64,000 nt of DNA from a bacterium (GCA_038109055.1 JAYNIM010000007.1:5923-69922), one strand, 5' to 3'. Positions 19,807 to 30,043 are shown, counted from the stretch's first letter. Notes: generated by a model from the letters alone, not told the origin. Translations and numbers: made by a program.

Positions 19807-19883
19807 TGGTAGCGGTGACTGGATTTGAACCAGTGACAACACGGGTATGAACCGTGTGCTCTGACCAACTGAGCTACACCGCC
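19807..19883 (-). tRNA. tRNA-Met (CAT), elongator type
   Basis: Reverse complement GGCGGTGTAGCTCAGTTGGTCAGAGCACACGGTTCATACCCGTGTTGTCACTGGTTCAAATCCAGTCACCGCTACCA folds as a cloverleaf with encoded CCA; lacks the initiator GGG/CCC anticodon stem. Confidence 0.95.
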
Positions 19884-19896
19884 GAAGATATCAAGC

Positions 19897-19926
19897 ACTG
19901 TATATAATAAAAAGAAACCCTGTCAA
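19897..19926 (-). promoter_or_regulatory. Sigma-70 promoter for tRNA-Met
   Basis: TTGACA (19926-19921), 18-nt spacer, TACAGT (19902-19897). Confidence 0.7.
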
Positions 19927-19989
19927 GAAAATCACACATCCACTTCCCTTTTCTTACGTCAAAAAAGAAGTCCATAAAAACAAAACAAT

Positions 19990-20685
19990 CTAGTCAAATA
20001 ATTGCTCTAGCTGCCTCAATTCAATCCCCTTCAAAGGAACAATCTCACCTGGCGACATCGTACCTAACTGTAGCGGCCCAATTTGATATCGTTTTAAGGA
20101 AAGTACCTGATACCCTAAAACAGCAAATACACGACGAATCACCCGATAACGCCCCTGAGTCATGACCACATCAAGAGAGTGTTTCGAAAAAGTAACAGAA
20201 TCAAAAAAAACAGGCCCATCTTCCAACATAACACCTGACTGTAATCGTAAAATATCCGATTTTTGAATAACCGCATCCAAGGTAACCCGATAATATTTTT
20301 TCACTTCAAAACGTGGATGCATCACTTTTTCAGCCAAAAAACCATCATTGGTTAACAATAACAAGCCCGTTGATTGCCGATCCAAACGCCCAATAGGAAA
20401 TACAGGCGTATCAAGTGTTTTTAAAAAAGGCTGTATAGTTGCTCTCTGTTTGGGATCATTCAAAGTTGTAATAATCCCCCTAGGCTTATAAAACTTATAA
20501 ACACGTTGATTCAACCTAACTCTCACTTTTTTAGAATCACACAAAATAATATCTTTTTCAGGAACAACTTCAAACGACATATCTTGAATAACCAATCCAT
20601 TCACCTTAATCCTTTTTTCGTTCAATGCCTTCAAAAAAGCACGTCGCGACAACCCATAATATTTAAAATACTGAGAGATTTTCAT
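19990..20685 (-). CDS. rRNA pseudouridine synthase, RsuA/RluB family
   Basis: S4-like N-terminus, YKPRG, PIGRLDRQSTGLLLLTNDG. Confidence 0.93.
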   Translation of the reverse strand: MKISQYFKYYGLSRRAFLKALNEKRIKVNGLVIQDMSFEVVPEKDIILCDSKKVRVRLNQRVYKFYKPRGIITTLNDPKQRATIQPFLKTLDTPVFPIGRLDRQSTGLLLLTNDGFLAEKVMHPRFEVKKYYRVTLDAVIQKSDILRLQSGVMLEDGPVFFDSVTFSKHSLDVVMTQGRYRVIRRVFAVLGYQVLSLKRYQIGPLQLGTMSPGEIVPLKGIELRQLEQLFD

Positions 20686-20693
20686 AAAAAGAA

Positions 20694-21245
20694 TTAAAAG
20701 TAAAAATCAACCAAAACCTGATCAAAAAAGTGAAACTTTTGCTCTAAAACAGAACAAGCAAAATTCTCACCTTTAAGCGCTAAATCACCATGTTTGACAG
20801 AGACACCTCGACGTCCTTCAAAACGATCAAGGTCAAAATTCCATAAAAGCTGCTTCGCTATTACGTATAAAGGAACATCAGATAAAACAAAATCTAACGA
20901 CACATCATAAAACATATAATTACGTAACGAAAATTGATAAAGTCCACTATGGGCCTTGTAAGAGAAAACCTGTCCACTCAACGAAAAAAAGAAACCCTCA
21001 AATTCCTTCAAAAAAAGATCTTCTTTATCCAGAATAGCTTCCTTAGCACGTAACTCTGTGACCAACGTTCCATTATCCCATTCATTCAAATGAATATCTT
21101 CCAACAACATATCATAAGGCTGCCGCACATGGTCTTCTCGTAACAATTTCTCACTCACACGAGTCATAAGAAACCCCAAGCCTACTACCACTAAAATAAA
21201 GAGGCCAGGTCCATACAAAAAACGCCAACCCCTCAGATACATCAT
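20694..21245 (-). CDS. LptC-like periplasmic protein with N-terminal membrane anchor
   Basis: One N-terminal TM followed by a beta-rich domain; LptA-like gene in the same run. Confidence 0.55.
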   Translation of the reverse strand: MMYLRGWRFLYGPGLFILVVVGLGFLMTRVSEKLLREDHVRQPYDMLLEDIHLNEWDNGTLVTELRAKEAILDKEDLFLKEFEGFFFSLSGQVFSYKAHSGLYQFSLRNYMFYDVSLDFVLSDVPLYVIAKQLLWNFDLDRFEGRRGVSVKHGDLALKGENFACSVLEQKFHFFDQVLVDFYF

Positions 21246-21874
21246 TTAAGTTCCATTCGATATTTTTTTTCTTTAGATCGAAAATGAGCACATTTAACAA
21301 AGTGCGAAACCGACGCAAAATAACGTTTTTTTCTCCTAAGAACCTCTCCCATCAAAAAATGCAATGCGGCTGAATCTGGCTCCAATGCAAGGGCCTTATT
21401 CGTCCAATCTAATGCCTCTGATAATTCTCCTTGCTCTCCATGAACATAGGCAATAAAAGCCATCGCCCAAATTTGATCTGGCTTAAGACTCAATACCTGT
21501 TTAAATGATTGAATTGTCGACTCATAATCTTTTTTAAAATAATAGCCAAATGCTTGCCTAAAATAAACACGCCATTGATTAGGATCTTTTTGAATCTCTA
21601 CCAAACACTCGTCTAAGACAACATCAGCATAATCAGATGTTAATTGCTTCAATTTATCAAACCCAGCTTCAATGTCTCCCGTATATGCATACACCATTGC
21701 CAAATTAAAACATGCGTTATTTGACGTTGGTTGAGCGTCATAACGATTTTGATAATAAACAATTTCTTGCTCCATTTCTGGCGTTAATCGATACATAGCA
21801 TGCAAAAATGATGAAAAAAACAAAAGGCATAGCCCCATAATCAAAAAAAATCGACTCAAACATCCTTTATTCAT
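21242..21874 (-). CDS. Secreted TPR-repeat protein
   Basis: Signal-peptide-like N-terminus, TPR patterns (AL.LEPD.A..HFLMG); AGGAGG RBS before the ATG at 21874. Confidence 0.8.
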   Translation of the reverse strand: MNKGCLSRFFLIMGLCLLFFSSFLHAMYRLTPEMEQEIVYYQNRYDAQPTSNNACFNLAMVYAYTGDIEAGFDKLKQLTSDYADVVLDECLVEIQKDPNQWRVYFRQAFGYYFKKDYESTIQSFKQVLSLKPDQIWAMAFIAYVHGEQGELSEALDWTNKALALEPDSAALHFLMGEVLRRKKRYFASVSHFVKCAHFRSKEKKYRMELK

Positions 21875-22406
21875 AATAATCCTCCTGAGAACACCATTCC
21901 GCTTTTTCAAATAACGAGTTAACTAGTAATCCAGAACACCCATTCTGACCATCAATCAACCTTGTTTGCATCTCAGAAACACATGCCTCTGCATCTTCAA
22001 CAGGTCTTTCACAAACGATTTCCCAAAGCAAACTATATGAAATGCCAACATCCGTCAATTTATCTGTCAAAAAAGACCTCCTAGATAAAGTCAAACAAGG
22101 ACTCAACGCAGAAGATTTCAATAAAAACATCGACCGCCTATTATCTAGTCTCCTTTTGTGTAATCGACCAATATCATAGGCATGCTTATTAGGGTTAATA
22201 AACTCAAACGAACCTGACAACAAGAGAGACCAAAAATCATCTTCCTTACATTGAGAAGAAACCAAAGAAAATGTCCAAAAATCATATCGTTTTAATGATT
22301 TAACCCAAGACAAACCCAACAAACCTTGCATTGTTTTTAACGCTGTAATGGCATGCAAATCAGGCTGCTTTAAATAACGAAATAACCGATACTCTTTGTG
22401 TTTCAT
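21867..22406 (-). CDS. PurS-like protein (probable FGAM synthase accessory subunit)
   Basis: Coupled to the purQ stop; D..A.TA..TM..LLG..V.SLKR..W pattern resembles PurS; about twice PurS length. Confidence 0.5.
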   Translation of the reverse strand: MKHKEYRLFRYLKQPDLHAITALKTMQGLLGLSWVKSLKRYDFWTFSLVSSQCKEDDFWSLLLSGSFEFINPNKHAYDIGRLHKRRLDNRRSMFLLKSSALSPCLTLSRRSFLTDKLTDVGISYSLLWEIVCERPVEDAEACVSEMQTRLIDGQNGCSGLLVNSLFEKAEWCSQEDYYE

Positions 22407-23188
22407 GATAACGCGTCTTTCAACGAAACAAATAGCTTCTCCCAAGGCCCAAATCCCTGCATATTTTGCGTATTTCTACTCTTATACCCACTGCCTTTTA
22501 TCGAAACAGGCACTTGCTTATGAAAGGCGGCTCGTTCAGGGTGCGGCATCATTGCAAAAATATTACCTCGTTGATTAGACAACCCTGCCACAGAATACGT
22601 CGACCCATTCAACGGCATAACATCACTCCCCTTCACATCTACATAACGCATAACCGACAATAATTCCAAGGTATCTTTTTTAAAAGAAGATGAAAAAACA
22701 AAACGTCCCTCACCATGATTAATCGGGACTGGCAATACATCTGTGTCAGAAAAATATCGCGTAAATAATGATTTATGCGCCTGCTCAAAACGAACATAAA
22801 CCCAGTCACAAATAAAACCAATAGACCTTTGATCATACCTATTTTCAGCCAATGCCATTTGCAAACCATCTAAATCAGGTATATCCGGCACCAACCCCGC
22901 TTCAGCCAAAATTTGACAGCCATTACAAATACCCAAAACAGGATACCCTTGTTTTGCCGCTAATGAAATACCTCTTAATAAAGGCAACTTAGACGCAACA
23001 ACACCCGCTCGAATACGATCCTGATATGAAAACCCCCCAGGTAAAATAAAGGCATCATAAGCCTGACACTCTTCTAAAGACGCCGTCCAACGCAAGAAAG
23101 ACGCCTTCAGACCATAAAACAAACAAGCATCCAACGTTTCATAGTCGCAATTACTACCCGGAAACTGAACAACTGCAACTTTTCCCAT
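22403..23188 (-). CDS. purQ: Phosphoribosylformylglycinamidine synthase I (glutaminase subunit)
   Basis: VVQFPGSNCD, PGGFSYQD, GICNGCQIL, HGEGRF, MMPHPER. Confidence 0.96.
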   Translation of the reverse strand: MGKVAVVQFPGSNCDYETLDACLFYGLKASFLRWTASLEECQAYDAFILPGGFSYQDRIRAGVVASKLPLLRGISLAAKQGYPVLGICNGCQILAEAGLVPDIPDLDGLQMALAENRYDQRSIGFICDWVYVRFEQAHKSLFTRYFSDTDVLPVPINHGEGRFVFSSSFKKDTLELLSVMRYVDVKGSDVMPLNGSTYSVAGLSNQRGNIFAMMPHPERAAFHKQVPVSIKGSGYKSRNTQNMQGFGPWEKLFVSLKDALS

Positions 23189-23192
23189 AAAA

Positions 23193-24164
23193 CTATCGAA
23201 ATAAATCCCGCTCAATATTAATTGCCGCAATCATGCCATCCGATACCGCTGTCGCAATTTGCCTAATTTGCTTATGACGAATATCGCCAACAGCATAAAT
23301 ACCCGGTATGGACGTTCGCATATAATCATCCGTCAACACATACCCTCCTTCATCTGTCTGCAAATCCAATAAAAAAAACTCCGATGAAGGGACTCTACCC
23401 ACATATATAAATACACACTGCACATCCAACCACGTTTCTTGCCCCGTATACAAATGCTGACACTTAAGTTTTTCAACTTTATCAACGCCAAAAACACCCA
23501 AAACGTCGGTTTCCCACAGAACAACTAAGTTTTGATGTTTCAACACTTTATCCTTCAACACTCGAACAGCCTTGATATCATTACCACGATGAATCAAATA
23601 TAAACGCTCAACAAAGTTCAATAAATAATCAGCTGCATAACAAGCACAATTACCTCCACCAATAACAGCAACAGATTTCCCTTGATAAGATAAACCATCT
23701 CCCTGCGCATAGTAAGAAACACCCCGTCCCAAAAAACGTTTTTCAAAACTTTTGTCCAATGGCTTGGGTTCTAAGCCTGTCGCAAGAACAATACTTTTTG
23801 TAAAATAAACATGTCCCAATACCGTCTTTACCTGCTTTGCTTTTTCTGAACAAGTCAATACATCTATAACCTGATCACAGAGAAAAAAAACGCCTTGCTG
23901 CTTTAACTGCAATTCCATTTTCCCACTCAAATCCACACCCAAAATACCATTAGGAAATCCCAGGTAATTGTTAATATTATACGCAGTTGATGTTTGCCCC
24001 CCAGGTAAAGCTTTATCAATAATCAATACTTTTAATCCAGCACGACGTGAACATAATGCCGCAGACATACCCGCTGGTCCAGAACCAATAACCAATACGT
24101 CAAAGTGTTCCTTATTTTTAGGCGTTTGTACAGATTCTAATTCAACAGAATACTCAGTTACCAT
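23193..24164 (-). CDS. Thioredoxin reductase-like flavoprotein lacking the CxxC redox motif
   Basis: IGSGPAG, PGGQ, NYLGFP, TSIPGIYAVGD, RQIATAVSDG; GVSYYAQGDG in place of GVSYCATCDG. Confidence 0.9.
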   Translation of the reverse strand: MVTEYSVELESVQTPKNKEHFDVLVIGSGPAGMSAALCSRRAGLKVLIIDKALPGGQTSTAYNINNYLGFPNGILGVDLSGKMELQLKQQGVFFLCDQVIDVLTCSEKAKQVKTVLGHVYFTKSIVLATGLEPKPLDKSFEKRFLGRGVSYYAQGDGLSYQGKSVAVIGGGNCACYAADYLLNFVERLYLIHRGNDIKAVRVLKDKVLKHQNLVVLWETDVLGVFGVDKVEKLKCQHLYTGQETWLDVQCVFIYVGRVPSSEFFLLDLQTDEGGYVLTDDYMRTSIPGIYAVGDIRHKQIRQIATAVSDGMIAAINIERDLFR

Positions 24165-24693
24165 GTGCCCCCCCAACATCAAAACGAACGCCACCTTTTC
24201 CCATAACTTTACCCGTAGCAACATCCACAATAATTTCTCGACTACGCAAACGATGATCATCTTGAAAAACCAAGGGATTTTTAGTCAAAAGTAACTGTTT
24301 TAAAGAAAAATCATAGGTTAACTCTCCGCAACTCCCTTTTACAAACTGGCTAGAATCAGTATTAACACTAAAATCAAACGACACATCTTCAAAGGCTTTT
24401 AATATGTTTTTTTCTGAATAAAGATACATTTTTTGACACCTAAGGATAAACCCCTCCACTTCAAAAGTCACCTTACCCGTTAACAACACTTCTTGTTTTT
24501 CTCGATCAAAAACAGCCTTATCCCCCTTCAAAATATAGCCTTGATAGGTAAAATGAACTGAACGCTTAGCATTCAATAACTTTGTTTGTGCATCAAAGGA
24601 CATTTCATCGGCATGAAGTTGAATAGTTTCCATCGCCTGCATAAGGCTAAAGAAAGAAAAAAAACACACACTTACAAAAATAAAAACACGCAT
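24154..24693 (-). CDS. LptA/OstA-like periplasmic protein
   Basis: Signal peptide, then I.L.AD.M.FD....A...V.F.Y....L.GD.A OstA-type beta-jellyroll pattern; start uncertain. Confidence 0.7.
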   Translation of the reverse strand: MRVFIFVSVCFFSFFSLMQAMETIQLHADEMSFDAQTKLLNAKRSVHFTYQGYILKGDKAVFDREKQEVLLTGKVTFEVEGFILRCQKMYLYSEKNILKAFEDVSFDFSVNTDSSQFVKGSCGELTYDFSLKQLLLTKNPLVFQDDHRLRSREIIVDVATGKVMGKGGVRFDVGGAHGN

Positions 24694-24806
24694 TAACAAA
24701 AGTCTACTTAGTCCCAGCATTTTTGACAACATAAAAAATAAAGTTAACTCTCTTCACATAATACCCATACCCATTTAGGAAGATACCCGATACAATAAAA
24801 ACATAG

Positions 24807-25862
24807 ATGCAAAAGAAAAATGAGCTAAAAAAAGAAAAATTTTATTTATCATCAACAACAAAAACACAGGTCATCTACCCCTCTAAAAAATTTTTTCACA
24901 TCTGGCGTAATGGCCCCCGAAATAAAGAAAGCATTCCACTATTGGCCCAAGACATCCATACACTAGGAAATACCTTTTTAAAATTCACACGCCAACCTCA
25001 TAAACTACAAACGTTCACAAAGTCACATCCTCAAGATTTAGTCACCGAAATTGATCAAGGCATCGAAGCCTTATGGCGACATTGGATTACAACCTTTTTA
25101 CCCAACGACCAAATAATTGGAGAAGAACAAAAAAACTCAACATTAAAAGAAAACAAAGGCACTTGGTATATTGATCCTATAGACGGAACATCCAATTTCA
25201 TCAAAAAAAACACCTTTTATGCAATTCAAATTGCCTACATTAAAAACAACGAACCCTTAATCGCCTATATAGGTAGCCCAATCATTAAGTCTGACGAACG
25301 ACTCATGTATAAAGGTAAAATAAGAAAAACATTACAAACAAAATTAAAAATACCCACCTCCATCAAAAAAAAATCTGACTATACAACACTCTATGAGTCT
25401 ATCCACAAAAAGAATCACAAAAACAACTTAATCATCGGTACCGAATACCTAGCTCATCGAAAAAAACAATCTCAATTATACAAACAACTATTAAAAAACC
25501 ATCACGCAACCCCCTTATGTATCAAAGTAATCAGTTTAAATATACTCTGCCTTTCGTTTAATCAAAGTCATTGCTTTTACAAACCAAAAGCAAAACTTTG
25601 GGACATTATTCCGCCCGCTGCTTATATTTACCTTCAGAATAAAACGAAGTGGGATATTAGTATTGTGACACATAAAACCCCTATAAAACCTCTATCACAA
25701 GCAAATCATACCTACCTGTCTCCTTTTCAAACAGATAAACAAACAATCACCCTTTTTAACAACGCCAAAAAAAATAATTATCGGATAGACTTATTCATTA
25801 TCACTTTAAAAAACGACCTTAGCTTAAAAAAAAATATCTTAAACATGTTTTTAGATGACTAA
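24807..25862 (+). CDS. Inositol monophosphatase family protein
   Basis: DLVTEID, IIGEE, WYIDPIDGTSNF, LWD. Confidence 0.88.
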   Translation: MQKKNELKKEKFYLSSTTKTQVIYPSKKFFHIWRNGPRNKESIPLLAQDIHTLGNTFLKFTRQPHKLQTFTKSHPQDLVTEIDQGIEALWRHWITTFLPNDQIIGEEQKNSTLKENKGTWYIDPIDGTSNFIKKNTFYAIQIAYIKNNEPLIAYIGSPIIKSDERLMYKGKIRKTLQTKLKIPTSIKKKSDYTTLYESIHKKNHKNNLIIGTEYLAHRKKQSQLYKQLLKNHHATPLCIKVISLNILCLSFNQSHCFYKPKAKLWDIIPPAAYIYLQNKTKWDISIVTHKTPIKPLSQANHTYLSPFQTDKQTITLFNNAKKNNYRIDLFIITLKNDLSLKKNILNMFLDD

Positions 25863-26757
25863 CAAACATCCCCACATCCCCATTCTATGCAACGAAATCT
25901 TTGATTATTTAGAGATAAAGAAAGGAGAGCATATCATCGACGCGACCATAGGCTTCGGAGGACACAGTGAACACGTCCTGAAGCACTTAGATTCCACCGG
26001 ACAACTCAGCGGTATCGACCAAGATCAAGAAGCACTTAAGTATGTAAAAGATCGTTTTAAACATCATACAAATATCACATTTTTCCACACTCGCTTTTCA
26101 AAAATCCGGACACTGATCAACGAAAAAAAACTCAAAAAAGCCGACAAAATAATCATAGATTTAGGATTATCTTCGTACCAACTTGACCAACAAAAACGAG
26201 GCTTTAGCTATCTACAAACCTCTCCCCTAGACATGAGAATGAATCAACAGGCACAAACAAGCGCCGCTAGCATCTTGGAAACAGAATCCTCCGACTACTT
26301 AACACGGATATTGACAGAATTTGGAGAAATAAAAAATCCCAGCAAATTAGTCGCTGCCATTATACAATTTCGCAAAAAAAACACCTTTAAAAGCAATGAA
26401 GATTTAAAGAATCTTATCAAAAAAAGTTTCTTTTTTAACAATAACCGAAACATTTTTTTACGTCACTATGCACAAGTATTTCAAGCACTCCGTATTGCCG
26501 TAAATAACGAACTAGACGAACTAGACACCCTCCTCAACACACTGCCTAATCTCCTAAATAATCATGGCCGTATCGCCTTTTTAAGTTTTCATTCAATCGA
26601 AGACCGCAAAATAAAGCAGGCCTTAAAAAAACATCCCTCTTTTAAAATGTTACACAAACATGTGATTCGCGCCAAACAAGACGAAATCAAAGAAAATCGT
26701 CGCAGCAAACCCGCCAAACTACGTGTCTACGAATTTACAAACTCTGAAAACGAGTAG
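25855..26757 (+). CDS. rsmH: 16S rRNA m4C1402 methyltransferase
   Basis: HIPIL, DATIGFGGHS, DLGLSSYQLD, PLDMRM, FQALRIAVN.EL, SFHSIEDR. Confidence 0.97.
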   Translation: MTNKHPHIPILCNEIFDYLEIKKGEHIIDATIGFGGHSEHVLKHLDSTGQLSGIDQDQEALKYVKDRFKHHTNITFFHTRFSKIRTLINEKKLKKADKIIIDLGLSSYQLDQQKRGFSYLQTSPLDMRMNQQAQTSAASILETESSDYLTRILTEFGEIKNPSKLVAAIIQFRKKNTFKSNEDLKNLIKKSFFFNNNRNIFLRHYAQVFQALRIAVNNELDELDTLLNTLPNLLNNHGRIAFLSFHSIEDRKIKQALKKHPSFKMLHKHVIRAKQDEIKENRRSKPAKLRVYEFTNSENE

Positions 26758-27187
26758 GATCCTTTACCTGTGTTGTATCTACCATAAACGTTCTAACTGT
26801 CTCTGATTGTTTCAAAAGAGTCATTTCCAAATAAAATTCTGGCCTAAAGTCACCTAAATTTTCCGACCATTCAATAAGCGAAATACCCTTAACGTCCTCT
26901 AAATAAGCAGAAACATTCATACTAAGTAAATCGTGTTGATTTGAAATACGATATAAATCCAAATGATAAAACGTAAACAACGAACTATGGTATTGATTTA
27001 CTAACGAAAAAGTGGGCGATGTAACATCATAAAAAGAAAAATGAGACATTAACGACCTAACAAACGCCGTTTTACCCATCCCCATGCTCCCCTTTAATAA
27101 AACAATATCGCCAGAAGAAAGCTGTTTAGCAAGACGTTTAGAAAATGCATCTAACTGAGAAAAATCAACTTGAAATTCATAAACCAT
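26735..27187 (-). CDS. tsaE: t6A37 tRNA modification ATPase TsaE
   Basis: G.MGMGKT, VTSPTFSLVNQY, HLDLYR, IEW. Confidence 0.96.
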   Translation of the reverse strand: MVYEFQVDFSQLDAFSKRLAKQLSSGDIVLLKGSMGMGKTAFVRSLMSHFSFYDVTSPTFSLVNQYHSSLFTFYHLDLYRISNQHDLLSMNVSAYLEDVKGISLIEWSENLGDFRPEFYLEMTLLKQSETVRTFMVDTTQVKDPTRFQSL

Positions 27188-27656
27188 GATTAACTACTTG
27201 CAAATCATTATACAAGGCCTCAATATTTTTTTCTAACAATGGATGGACAAAGTCTTTAGCGATTTCTACTAAGGGCTGTAAAACAAACTCACGCTGATGT
27301 AACAAGGGATGTGGAACAATCAAATCTTCGTCACAAATAATATGATCTCCATAAAATAAAATATCAATATCAATACATCGCGGCTGTAACTCTGATTTAT
27401 ATTTTCGCCCCAATTGCTTTTCTATTTTCTGAGTCAACTGCAACAACTCACGTACACTTAACAAAGTCGTACACGACAACGCTGCGTTCAAAAAAGAAGG
27501 CTGTGGAACCCGACCCCAACTACTCGTTTCAATAAACGATGAACAATCATCAACTGAAATAAACTCATGTTCAGATAATAAGTCTATAGCACCTTGCAAA
27601 AAAAATTCACGAATCCCCACATTCGCCCCCAAACCCAAGAGAACATGCTGCATCAA
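27177..27656 (-). CDS. folK: HPPK (6-hydroxymethyl-7,8-dihydropterin pyrophosphokinase)
   Basis: LGLGANVG, FLNA, PRCIDIDIL, PHP..HQREFVL.PL. Confidence 0.96.
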   Translation of the reverse strand: MMQHVLLGLGANVGIREFFLQGAIDLLSEHEFISVDDCSSFIETSSWGRVPQPSFLNAALSCTTLLSVRELLQLTQKIEKQLGRKYKSELQPRCIDIDILFYGDHIICDEDLIVPHPLLHQREFVLQPLVEIAKDFVHPLLEKNIEALYNDLQVVNHGL

Positions 27657-28450
27657 TCCACCTCCATGATAGCCTTAAAAACCATAGCCGCTTGTTTGAA
27701 TTCAGCAACATCATGCACACGAAAATAGGAAACCCCTTGCATCATAGCAAATAAATTAGCCGCAACAGACCCCCCTAAACGCGCATCAACATCGGCCCCA
27801 GACAATTGCCCAATAAACGATTTTCGTGACACCCCCATCATAAGAGGGAAACCCAAATCAGCAAAAACATCACAATGCTTCAATAAGGCTAAATTATGCG
27901 CCAATGTTTTACCAAACCCAATCCCTGGATCTAAAATCATGGACTGAATACCATGATGTTGAGCAAAGGCAATACGCTCTTTAAAAAAACGACTAATATC
28001 CTCTACAGGGTTATCATAATTAGGTGATTGCTGCATCGTCTTAGGCTCCGCATGCATGTGCATCAAAATCACAGGAACCTTCGCATCAGCGACAACCTTA
28101 GCCATTTGTTGATCTCCTCGCAAAGCAGACACATCATTGATCACATCCACCCCATGATCAATCCCAAAGGCTGCTACATCAGCAGAACGTGTATCTAAAG
28201 ACAATGAAACTGAAAAACGAGACTTAAAATCAGCGAGTACCGATCTCAAGCGCCGTATCTGTTCATCCGCCTCTACAGGATCAGAACCAGGACGTGTCGA
28301 TTCTGCACCAATATCAATACCATTCGCACCTGCTTCAATCATCGCCTCAATATGTCCAAACGCCTTCTCTTCATTCAAAAAAACACCCCCATCTGAAAAA
28401 GAATCTGGTGTCAAATTTAAAATACCATAAATAAAAAAAGCTGGTTCCAT
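27653..28450 (-). CDS. folP: Dihydropteroate synthase
   Basis: GILNLTPDSFSDGG, DIGAESTRPG, DPGIGFGKT, GVSRKSF, RVHDV. Confidence 0.97.
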   Translation of the reverse strand: MEPAFFIYGILNLTPDSFSDGGVFLNEEKAFGHIEAMIEAGANGIDIGAESTRPGSDPVEADEQIRRLRSVLADFKSRFSVSLSLDTRSADVAAFGIDHGVDVINDVSALRGDQQMAKVVADAKVPVILMHMHAEPKTMQQSPNYDNPVEDISRFFKERIAFAQHHGIQSMILDPGIGFGKTLAHNLALLKHCDVFADLGFPLMMGVSRKSFIGQLSGADVDARLGGSVAANLFAMMQGVSYFRVHDVAEFKQAAMVFKAIMEVD

Positions 28451-28563
28451 AAAAATCTCACTAATAAAACAAAATAATAGTAACATATTGGAAAAAAAAA
28501 CCACAAACAACAAAAAACAAGAAATTAACAAAAAAAATATTTAACGATATACTTAGGGAGTAA

Positions 28564-30030
28564 ATGGCAAAAACAACATTCATAAAATTTGGAACATCAG
28601 GCTATCGTGGCATTATCAATCAAAGTTTTAGCAATATAGAAATTCACGCTATCGGCCTAGCCATTGCCACACTGCTTCATAAAAAATACACCCAGCCACA
28701 CATCGCCATCGCCTACGACCCAAGAGAAGGCAATTGCCCACATCTCCAAGCATCAAGTTTTACCTATATATTAACTCAAACTTTAATAAATGCCGGCATC
28801 AGTATCACCTTTTTTACTGACTACGCCCCTACTCCATTCTTATCCTGGTATGTTCCCGCACACTCTTTACAAGGCGGCATCATCCTAACAGCCTCTCACA
28901 ATCCCCCTGAATACAACGGCCTTAAGTTCAATCCTAAAAACGGAGCTCCAGCAGATCCCTCTACTACCCAAGAAATTGAATGTAATCTAGCACAAAAAAA
29001 CCTACAAACACATACAAAAAAAGGAACTTTATATAATACAACACCAAATTGGAAGATATTCTCAGAAACAATAAAAGAAAATTTAATCAAAATCGGACTT
29101 CAAATCCCAAAAAACATAAACCTCCATATAGCCGTCGATTGTAAACATGGCACTTCCGCAAAACTATGGGAAGCCGTCAAAGAAACTTTTCATATTGACA
29201 CCCTAACACTCCTGCATAAAGAACCGAAATCCGATTTTAATCACCTAGATACCAATCCATGTAACACAGAAGCCCTTACCCAGCTAAAATCCATTATCCA
29301 AACCAATAACATTCCACTAGGCATCGCCAACGATCCAGACGCAGATCGTCATATCATACTCGATGAAAAAGGCACCCCCCTCACTCCGGAAGAAACAGGC
29401 CTCATCATTCTTGATTTTTTTCTAAGCGTAAACATCAACTGTCATGCCTTAATTTCCACTTTAGCGTCATCACGTATTCTAAAAACAGCTGCTCAACAAA
29501 ATAATCTTAACTATCATGAATGCAATATTGGTTTCAAATACATTGCTCAACATTTAGAAAGGTATAAACAAAAGAAAGAAATCGCTTTTGGCATCGAATC
29601 TTCAGGTGGATTTTCAAGCTCATTTCATACCTTAGAAAAATGTGGTTTTCTCCCCGGAATATTACTATCTTTAGCGTTACACCATAGTAAAAAACCTCTT
29701 TCAAAACACAAAGAAGACATCCAAAAAAAATATGGTTTTTTTCATTTTAAAGAAAGCAGTTTCACCTTTAAAAAAGAAACAAAAACACAGCTGCAAAAAC
29801 AATTACATCTACAAACCAAAGAAACTCTACAAATGCACTACAACGAACTCATTCAAACGCTAAATACAGACGACGGCCTAAAAATAAACTTTAACCAAAC
29901 AAGCTGGGCATTACTTCGGTTTTCTGGAACAGAACCTGTACTTCGTATTTATACAGAAAGTACAAATAACCTACACAGCCAAACATTAAACCATAAAACC
30001 CACACATTGATAGACACCTTACTTACCTAG
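28564..30030 (+). CDS. Phosphoglucomutase/phosphomannomutase family protein
   Basis: FGTSGYRG, TASHNPPEYNGLK, DPDADR, GFKY, RFSGTEPVLRIY. Confidence 0.95.
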   Translation: MAKTTFIKFGTSGYRGIINQSFSNIEIHAIGLAIATLLHKKYTQPHIAIAYDPREGNCPHLQASSFTYILTQTLINAGISITFFTDYAPTPFLSWYVPAHSLQGGIILTASHNPPEYNGLKFNPKNGAPADPSTTQEIECNLAQKNLQTHTKKGTLYNTTPNWKIFSETIKENLIKIGLQIPKNINLHIAVDCKHGTSAKLWEAVKETFHIDTLTLLHKEPKSDFNHLDTNPCNTEALTQLKSIIQTNNIPLGIANDPDADRHIILDEKGTPLTPEETGLIILDFFLSVNINCHALISTLASSRILKTAAQQNNLNYHECNIGFKYIAQHLERYKQKKEIAFGIESSGGFSSSFHTLEKCGFLPGILLSLALHHSKKPLSKHKEDIQKKYGFFHFKESSFTFKKETKTQLQKQLHLQTKETLQMHYNELIQTLNTDDGLKINFNQTSWALLRFSGTEPVLRIYTESTNNLHSQTLNHKTHTLIDTLLT

Positions 30031-30043
30031 CAGAAAACAACGT

